Shown here: piece after piece, positions 30,933-43,002 of the stretch | How the letters are laid out: each line of letters starts with the position of its first letter | Position numbering within the stretch: position 1 is the first letter of the stretch | The notes under the pieces: model-generated | What the model was told of the DNA's origin: nothing | What the model saw: the letters and a program-made list of their open reading frames with translations, nothing else | The model's database searches: none | From: Planctomycetota bacterium | GTDB lineage: Bacteria > Planctomycetota > UBA11346 | Direction: 5' to 3' | Length of the DNA: 60,124 bases | NCBI GenBank assembly: GCA_038213805.1 | Contig: JBBQSO010000028.1 | Coordinates: 1 to 60,124, forward strand | Position numbers and translations under genes: made by a program

Positions 30933-31478
30933 TCAGATCGAACGGGCGTAGCTCGTCGTGCTGTACTTGCCCGGCGCGTAGCTGGCCAAGCGCTGGTCGC
31001 GCAGGGTCTCGGCGACGGCGTCGCCCGGGCGCGCGTACTGCACGTAGGGCCAGATCGCGATCGAGCCGCGGCTGTCGAACTGGCCGATGACCTCGAGGTA
31101 GCGCGGCGCCAGCAGCTTGGCCAGGTCGTCGCAGATGATGCGGCAGACGTCCTCGTGGAAGTCGCCATGGTTGCGGAAGCTGCCCAGGTACTCCTTGAGC
31201 GACTTGCTCTCGACCAGGGCGCGCTCCGGGATGTAGCTGATGAACAGGTCGGCCCAGTCCGGCTGCCCCGTCACCGGGCACAGGCTGGTGAAGCGCAGGC
31301 AGTTGTTGGTCACCCACACGCGGTCGTGGGCGAAGGCGCGGCCGATCCCGTACGGCACCGCCTCGAGCAGCGCCGGAGAGTAGGTGAACGGCGTGGCGCG
31401 GCGCTTGCCGAGCGTCGCCGTCGGCAGCGCAGCGCCGGAGCGCAGCGGTCGATCGGCCTTGGACTTGGTGCTGGCCAT
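30933..31478 (-). CDS. queF: NADPH-dependent 7-cyano-7-deazaguanine (preQ0) reductase, type I
   Basis: [25 protein letters not shown] and FHED motifs. Confidence 0.93.
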   Translation of the reverse strand: MASTKSKADRPLRSGAALPTATLGKRRATPFTYSPALLEAVPYGIGRAFAHDRVWVTNNCLRFTSLCPVTGQPDWADLFISYIPERALVESKSLKEYLGSFRNHGDFHEDVCRIICDDLAKLLAPRYLEVIGQFDSRGSIAIWPYVQYARPGDAVAETLRDQRLASYAPGKYSTTSYARSI

Positions 31479-31488
31479 GGCGGCCTCC

Positions 31489-31998
31489 TCAAAGCGGGGA
31501 CGGCAGGATGCGGTCGAGGGTGCGGAAGACCAGCGCGCCAGAAGTGCGCGCGCTGCGCTCGCGCCAGGCGCGCTCGTCGAACTCCGGGAAGAATGTGTCG
31601 CCCGGGCAGTCGCGTTGCACCACGGTCAGGTGCATGGTGGTGATGCGCGGCAGGGCCAGACGGTAGATCTCGGCACCGCCGATGACCAGCGGCTCGGGAT
31701 CGCCGGTGCGCGCCGCGATAATCGCCGTGGCGAGGTCGGTGAAGACCTCGAAGCCCGGCAGCACCAACCCCGCTTGGCGGGTCACCACCAGGTTGCGGCG
31801 GCGTGGCAGTGGGCGCAGTTTCAGCGACTCCGCGGTCTTGCGACCCATGATCACGGCGTGACCGGTCGACAGCGCCTTGAAGTGGGCGAGATCCTCGGGT
31901 TCGTGCCACGGCAGGTCGCCGCGGTCGCCGATCGTGCGGTTGCGCGCCATCGCCGCGATCAGCGCCAGCGGTGGCAGGGCCGGTGCGGTCTCGGCCAT
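31489..31998 (-). CDS. folA: Dihydrofolate reductase
   Basis: [36 protein letters not shown] and IGGAEIY motifs. TGATG coupling to thyA. Confidence 0.95.
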   Translation of the reverse strand: MAETAPALPPLALIAAMARNRTIGDRGDLPWHEPEDLAHFKALSTGHAVIMGRKTAESLKLRPLPRRRNLVVTRQAGLVLPGFEVFTDLATAIIAARTGDPEPLVIGGAEIYRLALPRITTMHLTVVQRDCPGDTFFPEFDERAWRERSARTSGALVFRTLDRILPSPL

Positions 31999-32840
31999 CA
32001 CACCGCCACCGCCGCCTTGATGCCGGGATGCGGGTCGTAGCCGGCGATCGCGATGTCCTCGAAGCGGAAGGCGAACAGATCGGTGGCCTGCGGCGCCAAC
32101 GCCAGCGTCGGCAGCGGGCGCGGTTCGCGCGTCAGCTGCAGGCGCGCCTGGTCGACGTGGTTGTTGTAGAGGTGGGCGTCGCCCAGGGTGTGCACGAAGT
32201 CGCCGGGTTTCAGCCCGCACACCTGCGCGATCATGCAGGTCAGCAGCGCGTAGCTGGCGATGTTGAAGGGCACGCCCAGGAAGATGTCGGCGCTGCGCTG
32301 GTAGAGCTGGCACGACAGCTCGCCGTCCTGGACGTGGAACTGGAAGAGCGTGTGGCAGGGGGGCAGGGCGACCAACTCGGCCTCGGCCGGGTTCCAACCG
32401 CTCACGATCAGGCGGCGGCTGTCGGGATTGCGGCGGATCTCGGCCAGCAGCCAGCGCATCTGGTCGACGCCGTCCTTCGCATAGGTGCCGTCCGGCAGCT
32501 TGCTGGCGCCGAAGTTGCGCCACTGGTGGCCATAGACCGGGCCGAGGTCGCCTTCCTGGCGGCCGAAGCGCGCGCACGCCGCTGCCGTCGCCCACTCGTT
32601 CCAGATCGACACGCCGTGCTCGACCAGCCACTGGTTGTCGGTGCGCCCGCTGAGGAACCACAGCAACTCGTAGATGATCGACTTGGTGTGCAGCTTCTTG
32701 GTGGTCAGCAGCGGGAAGCCCGCGCGCAGGTCGAAGCGCATCTGGTGGCCGAACACGCCGCGCGTGCCCACGCCGGTGCGGTCGCTGCGCGGCTTGCCCT
32801 CGTCAAGGACGCGGCGCAAAAGGTCGAGGTAGGTCTTCAC
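31998..32840 (-). CDS. thyA: Thymidylate synthase
   Basis: [48 protein letters not shown] and DAHLY motifs. GTG start. Confidence 0.97.
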   Translation of the reverse strand: MKTYLDLLRRVLDEGKPRSDRTGVGTRGVFGHQMRFDLRAGFPLLTTKKLHTKSIIYELLWFLSGRTDNQWLVEHGVSIWNEWATAAACARFGRQEGDLGPVYGHQWRNFGASKLPDGTYAKDGVDQMRWLLAEIRRNPDSRRLIVSGWNPAEAELVALPPCHTLFQFHVQDGELSCQLYQRSADIFLGVPFNIASYALLTCMIAQVCGLKPGDFVHTLGDAHLYNNHVDQARLQLTREPRPLPTLALAPQATDLFAFRFEDIAIAGYDPHPGIKAAVAV

Positions 32841-32971
32841 GGATGGAATGCTAGGCCGGTCAGGAGGAGCGGAAGGGGCGAGGGGGACGCCAGACGCTCG
32901 ACCCAGGATAGGCATGCGCAGGGGCTCGCGACCCCAAGTCCTCGACGTGCAGAACGTCGTGACCCGTACAA

Positions 32972-33006
32972 GCGACCCGCGACGAACAGTGAGGGTCGCG
33001 GGTCGC
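32972..33006. terminator. 12-bp perfect hairpin downstream of the small membrane-protein gene
   Basis: GCGACCCGCGAC-11 nt-GTCGCGGGTCGC; no clear U-tract, so terminator function is uncertain. Confidence 0.35.
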
Positions 33007-33025
33007 GGCCTGCGCCCAGGCGCGA

Positions 33026-33409
33026 CTACAGGAACTTGAAGGCGAGCGCCACCGCGACGATGGCGGTGATCCACGCCAGCCACAGCCACCACGGAATGGG
33101 GCGGGAGCGGCTCTGCAGGGACTGGCTGGTGTTGGCGCCGCGCCGGGAAGCGGTGATGGCGGCGGAACGGTTGCGCGCCTCGGCGAGGATCTTGCCGGAC
33201 AGGGTGCGGTCTTCGGCGGGGATCTCGCTGACCCCGCCGACCTGGTCGCGGCGCGCGGCCAGGGCGTCGTAGAGGATGCGCGAGTCGCGGCGCTCCGCCT
33301 CGTCTGTCGATTCCTGGTCGACGACCGCGAAGAGTTCCTCACGCTGCTGGTCGCCCATGCGATCTGGTACGCGACCGCCTGGGGGACGTTGTGCCTCCGC
33401 GCTGCTCAT
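33026..33409 (-). CDS. Small protein with a C-terminal TM helix
   Basis: Charged N-terminal region followed by a terminal [18 protein letters not shown] helix. Confidence 0.75.
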   Translation of the reverse strand: MSSAEAQRPPGGRVPDRMGDQQREELFAVVDQESTDEAERRDSRILYDALAARRDQVGGVSEIPAEDRTLSGKILAEARNRSAAITASRRGANTSQSLQSRSRPIPWWLWLAWITAIVAVALAFKFL

Positions 33410-33521
33410 GGGGTCTGATTTTCCGAGGCGTGATGCACGGGGCAAGGGGCGAGCAACAGATGCATCGATTTACCGGTAGGCAGCATGGCGGATTCGTGGG
33501 CGGAACAGGTCGGCCGTCGCG

Positions 33522-35750
33522 CTACATCACGCCGGCGAGGCGCAGGCTGTCCAGGCTCAGCACATAGAGCATCAGCGCGCCGACCAGGGCCAGCCCGATC
33601 CAGCCGGCGATGACGCGCGCCAGCGCCGGCAGGGGCCGGCCGATGACGGTCTCGATGGCCAGGAACACCAGCTGGCCGCCGTCGGTGATCGGGATGGGCA
33701 GCAGGTTGACCAGGAACAGGTTGAGGCCGATCAGCGCCACCAAGTTGAGGTAATAGCCGAAGCCCGCGGTCTCGGCGCTGCGCTTGAGCGCGCCAAAGAT
33801 GCCGATCGGCCCGGACAGCGTCTTACTCGAATCGATGCCGCCCTCCTCGCCGCTGCGGAAGAAGCGCGGGATGATCTGCAGGGTCTTCACCACCATCGAG
33901 TAGGCCTCGTGGTTGGCGATGGTGAAGACCTCGGTCCAACCATGGCGGAGCACGTACGGCGTGGTCTCCGGCCGCAGGCCCAGATACAGCCCGGCGTCCC
34001 GCGGAGTGATCGTCGCCTGCGCGGGCTTGCCCGCGCCGCGCACCACTTCGAAGGCCTGACCGCCATCCGCAGTCCAGGTGAGGCCGGTCAGCCAGTCGCC
34101 AGGCTGGAGGTCGGCGAGCAGGGCGCGGCGGGTGGTGTCCTCGAGCGCGCCCAGGTCGACGCTGTGCTCGACGCCGTCGGCGTCGCCGACCTGGATGAAG
34201 TCGAGGACCGGGAAGCCGTGGCCTTCGCCGGTGTTGACCACGTGCGCGCCCTGCAACTGGATGCCCAGGCTGGGGGGAGCCTTCACACCGAGCAGACGCG
34301 CCAGTACGAACGGCTTCTGGACGGTGGACAAGGCGTGCAGATCGCCCTCGGCGATGGGCACCGCGTGCGCCGTGCCGCCGGAGACGTAGGTGACGACCAG
34401 CTGGTCGGTCGCCGTGCCGCCCGGCCTGGGTTTCACCGGTTCGAGCGCGAGCAGCGCATCACCGGGCTTGAGACCGGCGGTGGCGAGTGGCCCCGGCGCG
34501 CCGTCGGCGGTGGGCGGGATGACCGGCAGCACGCCGATGCGGATCCCAGCGATCGGCGCGCCGATGCGCTTGACGCCGAAGAAGTCGCGTCCGGTGATGG
34601 TGCAGGCGACCTCCTGGCCACCGCGCAGCACGGTGATGGCGAAGGGCTGACCGGCCTCAAGCCGGGTGCGCAACAGAGCCAACAGGTGCTGCTCCGAGGC
34701 GACCGTCTGGTCGTCGATTTTCAGCACCACGTCGCCGGCGTGCATGCCGCCCTGCGCTGCCGGGCTGTCGGCGGCGAGCTTGCCGATGCGCACCGGGAAG
34801 CCGAAGGCGCCGTCGCCGCCCTCGGCCGGGCCGGCGTAGCGCACCGTGACCGTGCGCCGCACCGCGCCGCGCGCGAGGGTCAACGCGATATCCTGCCCCA
34901 GGCGCATCTGCAGCCGGCCCATCAACTCCTGGCCGGTGAGGTCCGCCGCCAGATCCTGGCCATCGACGGCGACGATGCGCTCGCCGGGCCGCGGATCGTC
35001 AGGCCGGGCCTCGCCGCCCAGGCGACCAGTCACCTGGATGAGCCAGCCATCGGGCGGCTTGATGCCCAGGGTGGGCGTGCCGCTGGCCGGGTCGAAGATC
35101 GGCGCGATGCCTTTGCCATCCGGTCCCGCCAAAAGCATCCGCGCATCGCTGCCGCGCCGCTGCACGGTCAGGGTCAGCGGGATGGTGCCGGAGGTCATGA
35201 TCAGCGGGGTGAGGTCCTCGAAGGAACGCACCTCCTCGCCGTTCACCTCCAGGATGCGGTCGCCGCGCTGCAGTCCCAGGCGCGCCGCGGGGCTGGGCTC
35301 GGCGTGCCCCTTGGCGTCGCGGATCTCGGTCTCGACCTCGCCGACCACCGGCGCGATGATCGGCCGGCCGTAGAGCGAGAGCGCGACCAGGATGATGTAG
35401 CTGGAGATGAGGTTGAAGAGCACGCCGCCGAGCAGGATCAGCGCGCGCCAGCCCGCGCTCTTGGCCAGGTAGCTGCGCGGGTTGACCTTGTCCTCGGCGG
35501 GGATGTTCTCGGGCAGGTCCTCCTGGCCGAGCATCGCCACGTAACCGCCCAGCGGCAGCAGCGACAACGCGTACTCGGTCTCGCCGATGCGTTTGCGGAA
35601 GATCACCGGTCCGAAGCCGATCGAGAAGCGGTCGACGCGCACCCCCGCCCATTTTGCGAACAGGAAGTGGCCCAGCTCATGGATGAAGATCACGAATCCG
35701 AAGCCGAGCGCGGCCAGGATGTAGAACCACACTGCGCCGATTCCATCCAT
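33522..35750 (-). CDS. rseP: RseP-like site-2 (M50) zinc metalloprotease with multiple PDZ domains
   Basis: HELGH, FSIGFGP, LPLGGYV, several PDZ repeats (SPAARLGLQRGD, SPAAQGGMHAGD), GPIGI and NLLPIPITDGG. Confidence 0.92.
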   Translation of the reverse strand: MDGIGAVWFYILAALGFGFVIFIHELGHFLFAKWAGVRVDRFSIGFGPVIFRKRIGETEYALSLLPLGGYVAMLGQEDLPENIPAEDKVNPRSYLAKSAGWRALILLGGVLFNLISSYIILVALSLYGRPIIAPVVGEVETEIRDAKGHAEPSPAARLGLQRGDRILEVNGEEVRSFEDLTPLIMTSGTIPLTLTVQRRGSDARMLLAGPDGKGIAPIFDPASGTPTLGIKPPDGWLIQVTGRLGGEARPDDPRPGERIVAVDGQDLAADLTGQELMGRLQMRLGQDIALTLARGAVRRTVTVRYAGPAEGGDGAFGFPVRIGKLAADSPAAQGGMHAGDVVLKIDDQTVASEQHLLALLRTRLEAGQPFAITVLRGGQEVACTITGRDFFGVKRIGAPIAGIRIGVLPVIPPTADGAPGPLATAGLKPGDALLALEPVKPRPGGTATDQLVVTYVSGGTAHAVPIAEGDLHALSTVQKPFVLARLLGVKAPPSLGIQLQGAHVVNTGEGHGFPVLDFIQVGDADGVEHSVDLGALEDTTRRALLADLQPGDWLTGLTWTADGGQAFEVVRGAGKPAQATITPRDAGLYLGLRPETTPYVLRHGWTEVFTIANHEAYSMVVKTLQIIPRFFRSGEEGGIDSSKTLSGPIGIFGALKRSAETAGFGYYLNLVALIGLNLFLVNLLPIPITDGGQLVFLAIETVIGRPLPALARVIAGWIGLALVGALMLYVLSLDSLRLAGVM

Positions 35751-36028
35751 CGCGGAACTCCGTGGGCCGCCACCTTGGCCGGGGCCGGAGGGAGTCCAGG
35801 GGGGAATCGTGGGCCCCATGCAGCGCAGGCGCCAGGTCGCGGCCCTGGGAAAGACCGGGCAGTCCCGGGTAAGCATCTCCTGGACCGCGCGTCGCGCGCC
35901 GCGTCACGGAATCCCGCATCCCTGGTCACGGGTCCGGCTCCGCACGCCCGGCGCCTCCCCCCAGGGCCCCCCCTTCCCTGCCCAGCTGACGGCCTACCAT
36001 CCCGGCCCCGCTAGCCGTTGGAGCCGTC

Positions 36029-37639
<1,611 letters not shown>

Positions 37640-37760
37640 GCGCGCCTCTCGCGCCGGGTCTCCTGCGCTTCTTGCCAGCCTTCCCTGACTCCGGCGGACC
37701 GCGAACATCCTGCGCATGCGCGGCCGGACGCTTTCCCTGCTTCGCCTGAAGGGCGGCACG

Positions 37761-40115
37761 ATGCTGGCGGCCCTGACGGCGTTGGCGGGGGCGCGCCGCG
37801 CACCACCGCTGCTGGCCGGGCGACCGGCACCACCAGCCCCGGCGCTGGCCCCGCTGATCGCCGCCGGGGTGATCCTCGCCATCGGCGTCGATCGCCTGGC
37901 GCGCGGGGGAACGTGGCCGAGCAGCGATCTCGACAGCCACGTTGCGACCGTCGACCTGTACCGGCGGTCTCTCCTTGATGGCGTGGTCTGGCCTTACGAC
38001 CGCAGCGCGGCCTGCGGTCACGACGGCACACCGTACTATGGCTGGTGGTGCGAGTTGGCGCTGGGCGCGCTGGCGGTGCTGGCGGGCAAGCTCGGCGCGG
38101 CCGCACCCGCGGCACTGGTGGCGATGGGCGCGGTCGTCGCCGCGCTCACGGCGCTGCCGCTGGCGGCAGCGTGGTGCGCGCGCCAGCTGGTGCCTGCGGC
38201 CACGCCCGACGCGCGCCGGCACGTGCTCCACGCCGGTGCACTCGCCGCCTTCGCTTGGCTGGCCTGTCCGAACACCGACCTGATCTCCGGCACCGGTCTC
38301 GATGGCGCGGTGCGCATGGGCATGGTCAACCAGGCCATCGGCTGGGTGCTGCTACTGCTGCTGGCGGGCTGCTGCGCGCGCGCGGTGGCGGCGCCGTCGG
38401 CGCAGCGCCTCCACGCGCCGCTCGCGCTGTGTGTCGCCGCGCTGCTGCTGTGCCACGCCCAGACCGCACTCGCGGCGGCGCTGGTGCTGGCGGTGGCGGC
38501 GTGGCGGCGGCCGCTCGTGCTGCTGGTCTCGGGCGTGGTCGGCGTCCTGCTCGCGGCCGGCAGTCTCAGCGCGCTGGTGGTGCTCGCGGACCGGCTGGTG
38601 CCCATCTATCCGTGGCACCATTTCAGTGGCTACGATCCGCTGCTCGCGGTGCTCGGGCCGCTGCTGCTGGGCGAGGACGCCAGCGCCTTCCCGGCGGCGC
38701 TGCTGGTGCCCGGCCTGCTGCTCGGCGCCGCGGCGCACGCCTGGCGCCGTCCTGGGCCGCTGCGCACGCTGGTGTGGGCGGGGCTGCTGGTCAGCGCCTG
38801 TGCATGGCTGCCGCTGCTGCGCGCGCTGATGCCCCCGGGCAGCCAGCCCTACCGCTTCGCGTCGCTGGGGTTGCTGGTGCTGCTGGTGGCGGGTGCCGCC
38901 CACCTGGCGACGCAGCGCGGCTGGTGGCTGGTGCGCGTCCGGCCCGCAGTGCGCTGGGTGGCGCTGGGCGTGATCTGGGCGGCGCTCGCCGTCCAGATCG
39001 CCTGCGCGTGGCCGGTCGACGCGGACGAGGACACCCCGGAAGCGGTCGCCCACGAGCTCGGTGTGGGCACAGCGGCCGCGCTGGTGCCGCCCGGCAGCCG
39101 CGTCCTGGCCGCCGATACCACCGGCTGGCACCGCTGGGCGGTCGACGCCCTCAAGGGTTCCGCCGGCTGGTCGACGCTCAATGCCGCGCACAGTCCGAGC
39201 GCGCCACCAACCCTGGCCGCGGGCTGCAGCGCGGCGGCCAGCCTCGACCTGTCGCCGATGTACCCCGGCTGGGGACCGGTGATGCCTGCGGCGGTCGCGG
39301 TCGCGGTGCTGCGCGATCTGGGCGTGACGCATCTGCTGCGCCTGAGCGCGCCCGGCCAGGTCACGGCGCAGGCCGCCAGCGACACGCCCTTGCCGGCCCT
39401 GCCCACGGACCTGCGCCTCGCCGCCACCACGCCGCATGCCCGAGTGTGGACGCTGGCCGCGCCGGCGGCGCCGCTCGCCGCGGTGCCGGCGTTGGTCGGC
39501 CTCGATCTGGGCGGGCGGCGCGATCTGCGGCTGCTGGCGGCGGAATGGTGGACGCGCATCCGCGCGCGCCACGCACTCGCCGTGCGCCTGGTGCTGGCGC
39601 CCGCTGGCGATCCGCTGCTGGTCGCGGCGCTGAGCGCGGCACCGGGCGACGCTTCCGGGAGTTCCATCCTGGCGCTCGCGTGGGACGGTCTGCCGGCTCT
39701 GCGCAGCGCCCAGATCCTGCGCGATGGCGGCAGCACGAACACCCTGGCCAGCGCCTTTGTCGCGCGCCTGGCCCCGGCTGAAGCCTTCCTGCGCGCGCTG
39801 CCCACCCAGCCGACGGTGCCCTCGTCTTCACCCGCGGCCGCGTGGTCCGCCGATGGCTGCTCGGCCCGGCTCACCGGTCTGGTCCCCGGCCAACCCTACC
39901 TGTGGCGGACGTCCTTCTCGCCCGGATTCGCCAGTCCCCAGGGTCGCATCCTCGAAGAGGTCTCCGGCCTGACCGTGGTGGTCTCAACCGGTACGACGAT
40001 GGAGGTGCGCTTCAGCCGCATGACGCCCCTGATCCTGTTCGCCACCGCACTGTCGGCGCTCACCGCGATCGCGCTGGTGGTGCGGTGGTGGTGCAGTCGC
40101 CGCCGCGTGGCATAG
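37761..40115 (+). CDS. Large polytopic membrane protein, possibly GT-C/YfhO-like; start uncertain
   Basis: About ten hydrophobic helices, an extracytoplasmic domain and a terminal TM. The family is an impression from architecture only. Confidence 0.55.
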   Translation: MLAALTALAGARRAPPLLAGRPAPPAPALAPLIAAGVILAIGVDRLARGGTWPSSDLDSHVATVDLYRRSLLDGVVWPYDRSAACGHDGTPYYGWWCELALGALAVLAGKLGAAAPAALVAMGAVVAALTALPLAAAWCARQLVPAATPDARRHVLHAGALAAFAWLACPNTDLISGTGLDGAVRMGMVNQAIGWVLLLLLAGCCARAVAAPSAQRLHAPLALCVAALLLCHAQTALAAALVLAVAAWRRPLVLLVSGVVGVLLAAGSLSALVVLADRLVPIYPWHHFSGYDPLLAVLGPLLLGEDASAFPAALLVPGLLLGAAAHAWRRPGPLRTLVWAGLLVSACAWLPLLRALMPPGSQPYRFASLGLLVLLVAGAAHLATQRGWWLVRVRPAVRWVALGVIWAALAVQIACAWPVDADEDTPEAVAHELGVGTAAALVPPGSRVLAADTTGWHRWAVDALKGSAGWSTLNAAHSPSAPPTLAAGCSAAASLDLSPMYPGWGPVMPAAVAVAVLRDLGVTHLLRLSAPGQVTAQAASDTPLPALPTDLRLAATTPHARVWTLAAPAAPLAAVPALVGLDLGGRRDLRLLAAEWWTRIRARHALAVRLVLAPAGDPLLVAALSAAPGDASGSSILALAWDGLPALRSAQILRDGGSTNTLASAFVARLAPAEAFLRALPTQPTVPSSSPAAAWSADGCSARLTGLVPGQPYLWRTSFSPGFASPQGRILEEVSGLTVVVSTGTTMEVRFSRMTPLILFATALSALTAIALVVRWWCSRRRVA

Positions 40116-40142
40116 CCATCAACGGTAACCGCTGATCCGCGT

Positions 40143-40261
40143 CACGTCTCACGTCTCACGTCTCACGTCTCACGTCTCACGTCTCACGTCTCACGTCTCA
40201 CGTCTCGCGTCTCGCGTCTCGCGTCTCGCGTCTCGCGTCTCGCGTCTCGCATCTCGCATCT
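40143..40261. repeat. 17-copy heptamer array: (CACGTCT)x9, (CGCGTCT)x6, (CGCATCT)x2
   Basis: Counted directly; lies between the convergent stops of the membrane-protein gene and pyrG. Confidence 0.97.
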
Positions 40262-40278
40262 CGCGCGCAGCGCTCTGC

Positions 40279-41994
40279 TCAGCCCTCGTTCCCCACCGCC
40301 GTCAGCCCCACCTCGGTGTCCGAGCCCGTCTTGGTGTGGTGCTTGTACGCCGCGCCAAGGAAGCCGCGGAAGAGCGGGTGCGGCTCGACCGGGCTCGACT
40401 TGAACTCCGGGTGCGCCTGGGTGGCGATGAAGAACGGGTGGCCCTTCAGCTCGATGATCTCGACGAGCGAGGCCTCGGGCTTGGTTGGGTCGGGGATGTA
40501 GACGCCGGTGAACTGCATGCCCGCGGCCTCGAAGGCGGCGCGGTGCGCGTTGTTGAATTCGTAGCGGTGGCGGTGGCGTTCCATCACCACCTCGGCGCCA
40601 CCGTAGAGCTTGCCGGTGCGGCTGCTCTTCTTGGTCAGCGTGCACGGGTACGAGCCCAGCCGCATGGTGCCGCCCAGGTTGCCGGCCGCGACCACGTCCT
40701 TCTGCGACTCCATCACCACGATGATCGGGTAAGAGGTCTTCTCGTTCATCTCGGTGGAGTTGGCGTCCGCCCAGCCCAGCACATTGCGCGCGAACTCGAT
40801 CGAGGCGGCCTGCATGCCCAGGCACAGGCCGAGGTAGGGCAGGCCGGTCTCACGCGCATAGCGGATGGCGCGCAGCTTGCCCTCGAAGCCGCGCTTGCCG
40901 AAGCCGCCAGGGACGAGGATGCCGTCGACGCCGCGCAGCTTCTCCTGCCAGTCCGGGTCCTTCTCCAGCGACTCGGACTCGATGCGCACGATGTTGGCCT
41001 TGAGCAGGTGGCTGTAGGCAGCGTGGTCCACCGACTCGGTCACGGATTTGTAGGCATCCTGGTGGTCGATGTACTTGCCGACCATGGCGATGGTGACGGT
41101 GTCCTTGGGCCTGCGGATGTGCTGCACCATCAGGTCCCACGCCTTCATGTCGCACTCGCGCACCGCCAGTCCCAGGCGCCGGCACACCAGCTGGTGCACG
41201 TCCTGCCTTTCGAGCACCTGCGGGACCTCGTAGATGGTGGTCGGCACGTCGGGCAGGTCGATGACCTTGTCCTGGTCGACATTGCAGAACAGCGCGAGCT
41301 TCTCTTTCACGCCCTTGGACAGCGGCTTCTCGGCGCGGCACATCAGGAAGTCCGGCACGATGCCGATCTCGCGCAGCTTCTGCACGCTGTGCTGCGCGGG
41401 CTTGGTCTTGATCTCGCCCGCGGCCTTGATGAAGGGGATGTAGACGAGGTGGATGAACAGCACGTAGTCGCGCCCGACCTCGTGGCGCATCTGGCGCACC
41501 GCCTCCATGAAGGGCAGGCCCTCGATGTCGCCGACCGTGCCGCCGACCTCGCTGATCACCACGTCGACGTCGGGGCCGGCGAGGCTGCGGATGTGCGACT
41601 TGATCTCGTCGGTGACGTGCGGCACCACCTGCACGGTGCCGCCGTTGTACTTGCCGGCGCGCTCCTTCTGGATGACCGACTGGTAGATCTTGCCGCTGGT
41701 CACCGTCGAGTTGCGGGTGCACGGCACGCCCAGGAAGCGCTCATAGTGGCCGAGGTCGAGGTCGGTCTCCGCGCCGTCGTCGGTGACGTAGACCTCGCCG
41801 TGCTGGAACGGGTTCATGGTGCCCGGGTCGACGTTCAGGTAGGGATCGAGCTTCTGGATGCGCACCCGGTAGCCCATGGTGATCAGCAGCCGGCCGAGCG
41901 ACGCCGCGGCGATGCCCTTGCCGAGCGACGAGACCACGCCCCCGGTGATGAAGATGTGGCGGGTGGGGCCGTCGCGTTTGGTCGTGGTGGTCAT
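40279..41994 (-). CDS. pyrG: CTP synthase
   Basis: IFITGGVVSSLGKG, DPYLNVDPGTMNP, GGTVGDIE, LCLGMQ, ERHRHRYE and HPEF motifs. Confidence 0.98.
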   Translation of the reverse strand: MTTTTKRDGPTRHIFITGGVVSSLGKGIAAASLGRLLITMGYRVRIQKLDPYLNVDPGTMNPFQHGEVYVTDDGAETDLDLGHYERFLGVPCTRNSTVTSGKIYQSVIQKERAGKYNGGTVQVVPHVTDEIKSHIRSLAGPDVDVVISEVGGTVGDIEGLPFMEAVRQMRHEVGRDYVLFIHLVYIPFIKAAGEIKTKPAQHSVQKLREIGIVPDFLMCRAEKPLSKGVKEKLALFCNVDQDKVIDLPDVPTTIYEVPQVLERQDVHQLVCRRLGLAVRECDMKAWDLMVQHIRRPKDTVTIAMVGKYIDHQDAYKSVTESVDHAAYSHLLKANIVRIESESLEKDPDWQEKLRGVDGILVPGGFGKRGFEGKLRAIRYARETGLPYLGLCLGMQAASIEFARNVLGWADANSTEMNEKTSYPIIVVMESQKDVVAAGNLGGTMRLGSYPCTLTKKSSRTGKLYGGAEVVMERHRHRYEFNNAHRAAFEAAGMQFTGVYIPDPTKPEASLVEIIELKGHPFFIATQAHPEFKSSPVEPHPLFRGFLGAAYKHHTKTGSDTEVGLTAVGNEG

Positions 41995-41999
41995 GGCGA

Positions 42000-42764
42000 T
42001 CAGGGGGACGGGGTGGGGGCGAGGCGGGCGAAGCGGGACAGGAAGGCGTCGTAGTCGGCGCGCACATCGACACCGGCGACGGCACTGGGCACCACGGCGC
42101 AGGCGATGCCGATGCCGGCTTCCAGCGCGCGCAGCTGCTCGAGCTTCTCGAGCTGCTCGAGCCGGCTGGCCGGCAGGCGCGCGTAACCCAGCAGCACCTC
42201 GCGGCGGTAGGCGTAGATGCCGAGGTGGCGGTGGCAGACTACGGCCGGTGCGCCGCGGTCGCGGTCGTAGGGCGCCGGACAGCGCGTGAACCACAACGCC
42301 CGTTCGCCACCGGCCAGCACCACCTTCACGTTGTTGGGGTTGCGCTGCTCCGCCTCCCCGCCCGGCACCGCCAGGGTCGCCATGCCCGCCCAGGGATGGC
42401 GGGCGAGCAGCCCGGCGACCAGGCGGATGTGCTCCGGCTCCATCTCCGGTTCGTCGCCCTGGACGTTGACGATGATGTCCGCGGCGAGGGTTGCCGCGAC
42501 CTCGGCGATGCGGTCCGTGCCGGACTGATGGTCGATGCGGGTGAGTCGCGCCGCCACCCCGGTGCCGCGCACCGCCGCGATCAGCGCGTCGTCGTCGGCG
42601 CACACCGTCACCGCGGCCGCGCCGAAGGCCTTCGCCGCCTGGCGCGCAGCGGTGGCGATCAGGGGCTCGCCATGCTCCGCAAGCAGGAGCTTTTCGGGCA
42701 GGCGGGTCGAGGCGCGGCGGGCAGGGATGAGGACGGCGACGGCTGCCGGCGTGGTGGGCTGCAA
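42000..42764 (-). CDS. kdsB: 3-deoxy-manno-octulosonate cytidylyltransferase
   Basis: IPARRASTRLPEK, HQSGTDR, VNVQGDEP, HLGIYAY and EKLEQLRALE motifs. Start is TTG 42764 or GTG 42773. Confidence 0.94.
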   Translation of the reverse strand: MQPTTPAAVAVLIPARRASTRLPEKLLLAEHGEPLIATAARQAAKAFGAAAVTVCADDDALIAAVRGTGVAARLTRIDHQSGTDRIAEVAATLAADIIVNVQGDEPEMEPEHIRLVAGLLARHPWAGMATLAVPGGEAEQRNPNNVKVVLAGGERALWFTRCPAPYDRDRGAPAVVCHRHLGIYAYRREVLLGYARLPASRLEQLEKLEQLRALEAGIGIACAVVPSAVAGVDVRADYDAFLSRFARLAPTPSP

Positions 42765-43002
42765 GCGCGCCACCCTAGGCCATGGATGGGGCAGTCAATG
42801 AGCTGTGATTCAGCAGTGGAGACGGGAGGGGGGAAGGGGGCGCCAAGAGGGTAGACGCGCGCAGGGGATGAGGGGGACACCACGGCCAGTCCGCAACCTA
42901 TCGCAACGCCAAGCGAGCGGTGCGTCTGAGGCGGCGGTCCCTGTCTCTCCTCGCCTTCCCCTCCCCCCTTGCCCCTCCCCGCTGTCCCCGACCATGCCGC
43001 CC

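Noticed and set aside
40143..40261. CRISPR array (also considered for 1-63 and 46890-47165)
   Set aside because: The units are contiguous 7-8-mers with no unique spacers, and no cas genes are present in the window.
41995..42603. kdsB-pyrG fusion or frameshift suggested by the 774-aa ORF
   Set aside because: The upstream part is an off-frame read of kdsB; kdsB has its own stop at 42000 and pyrG its own ATG at 41994.
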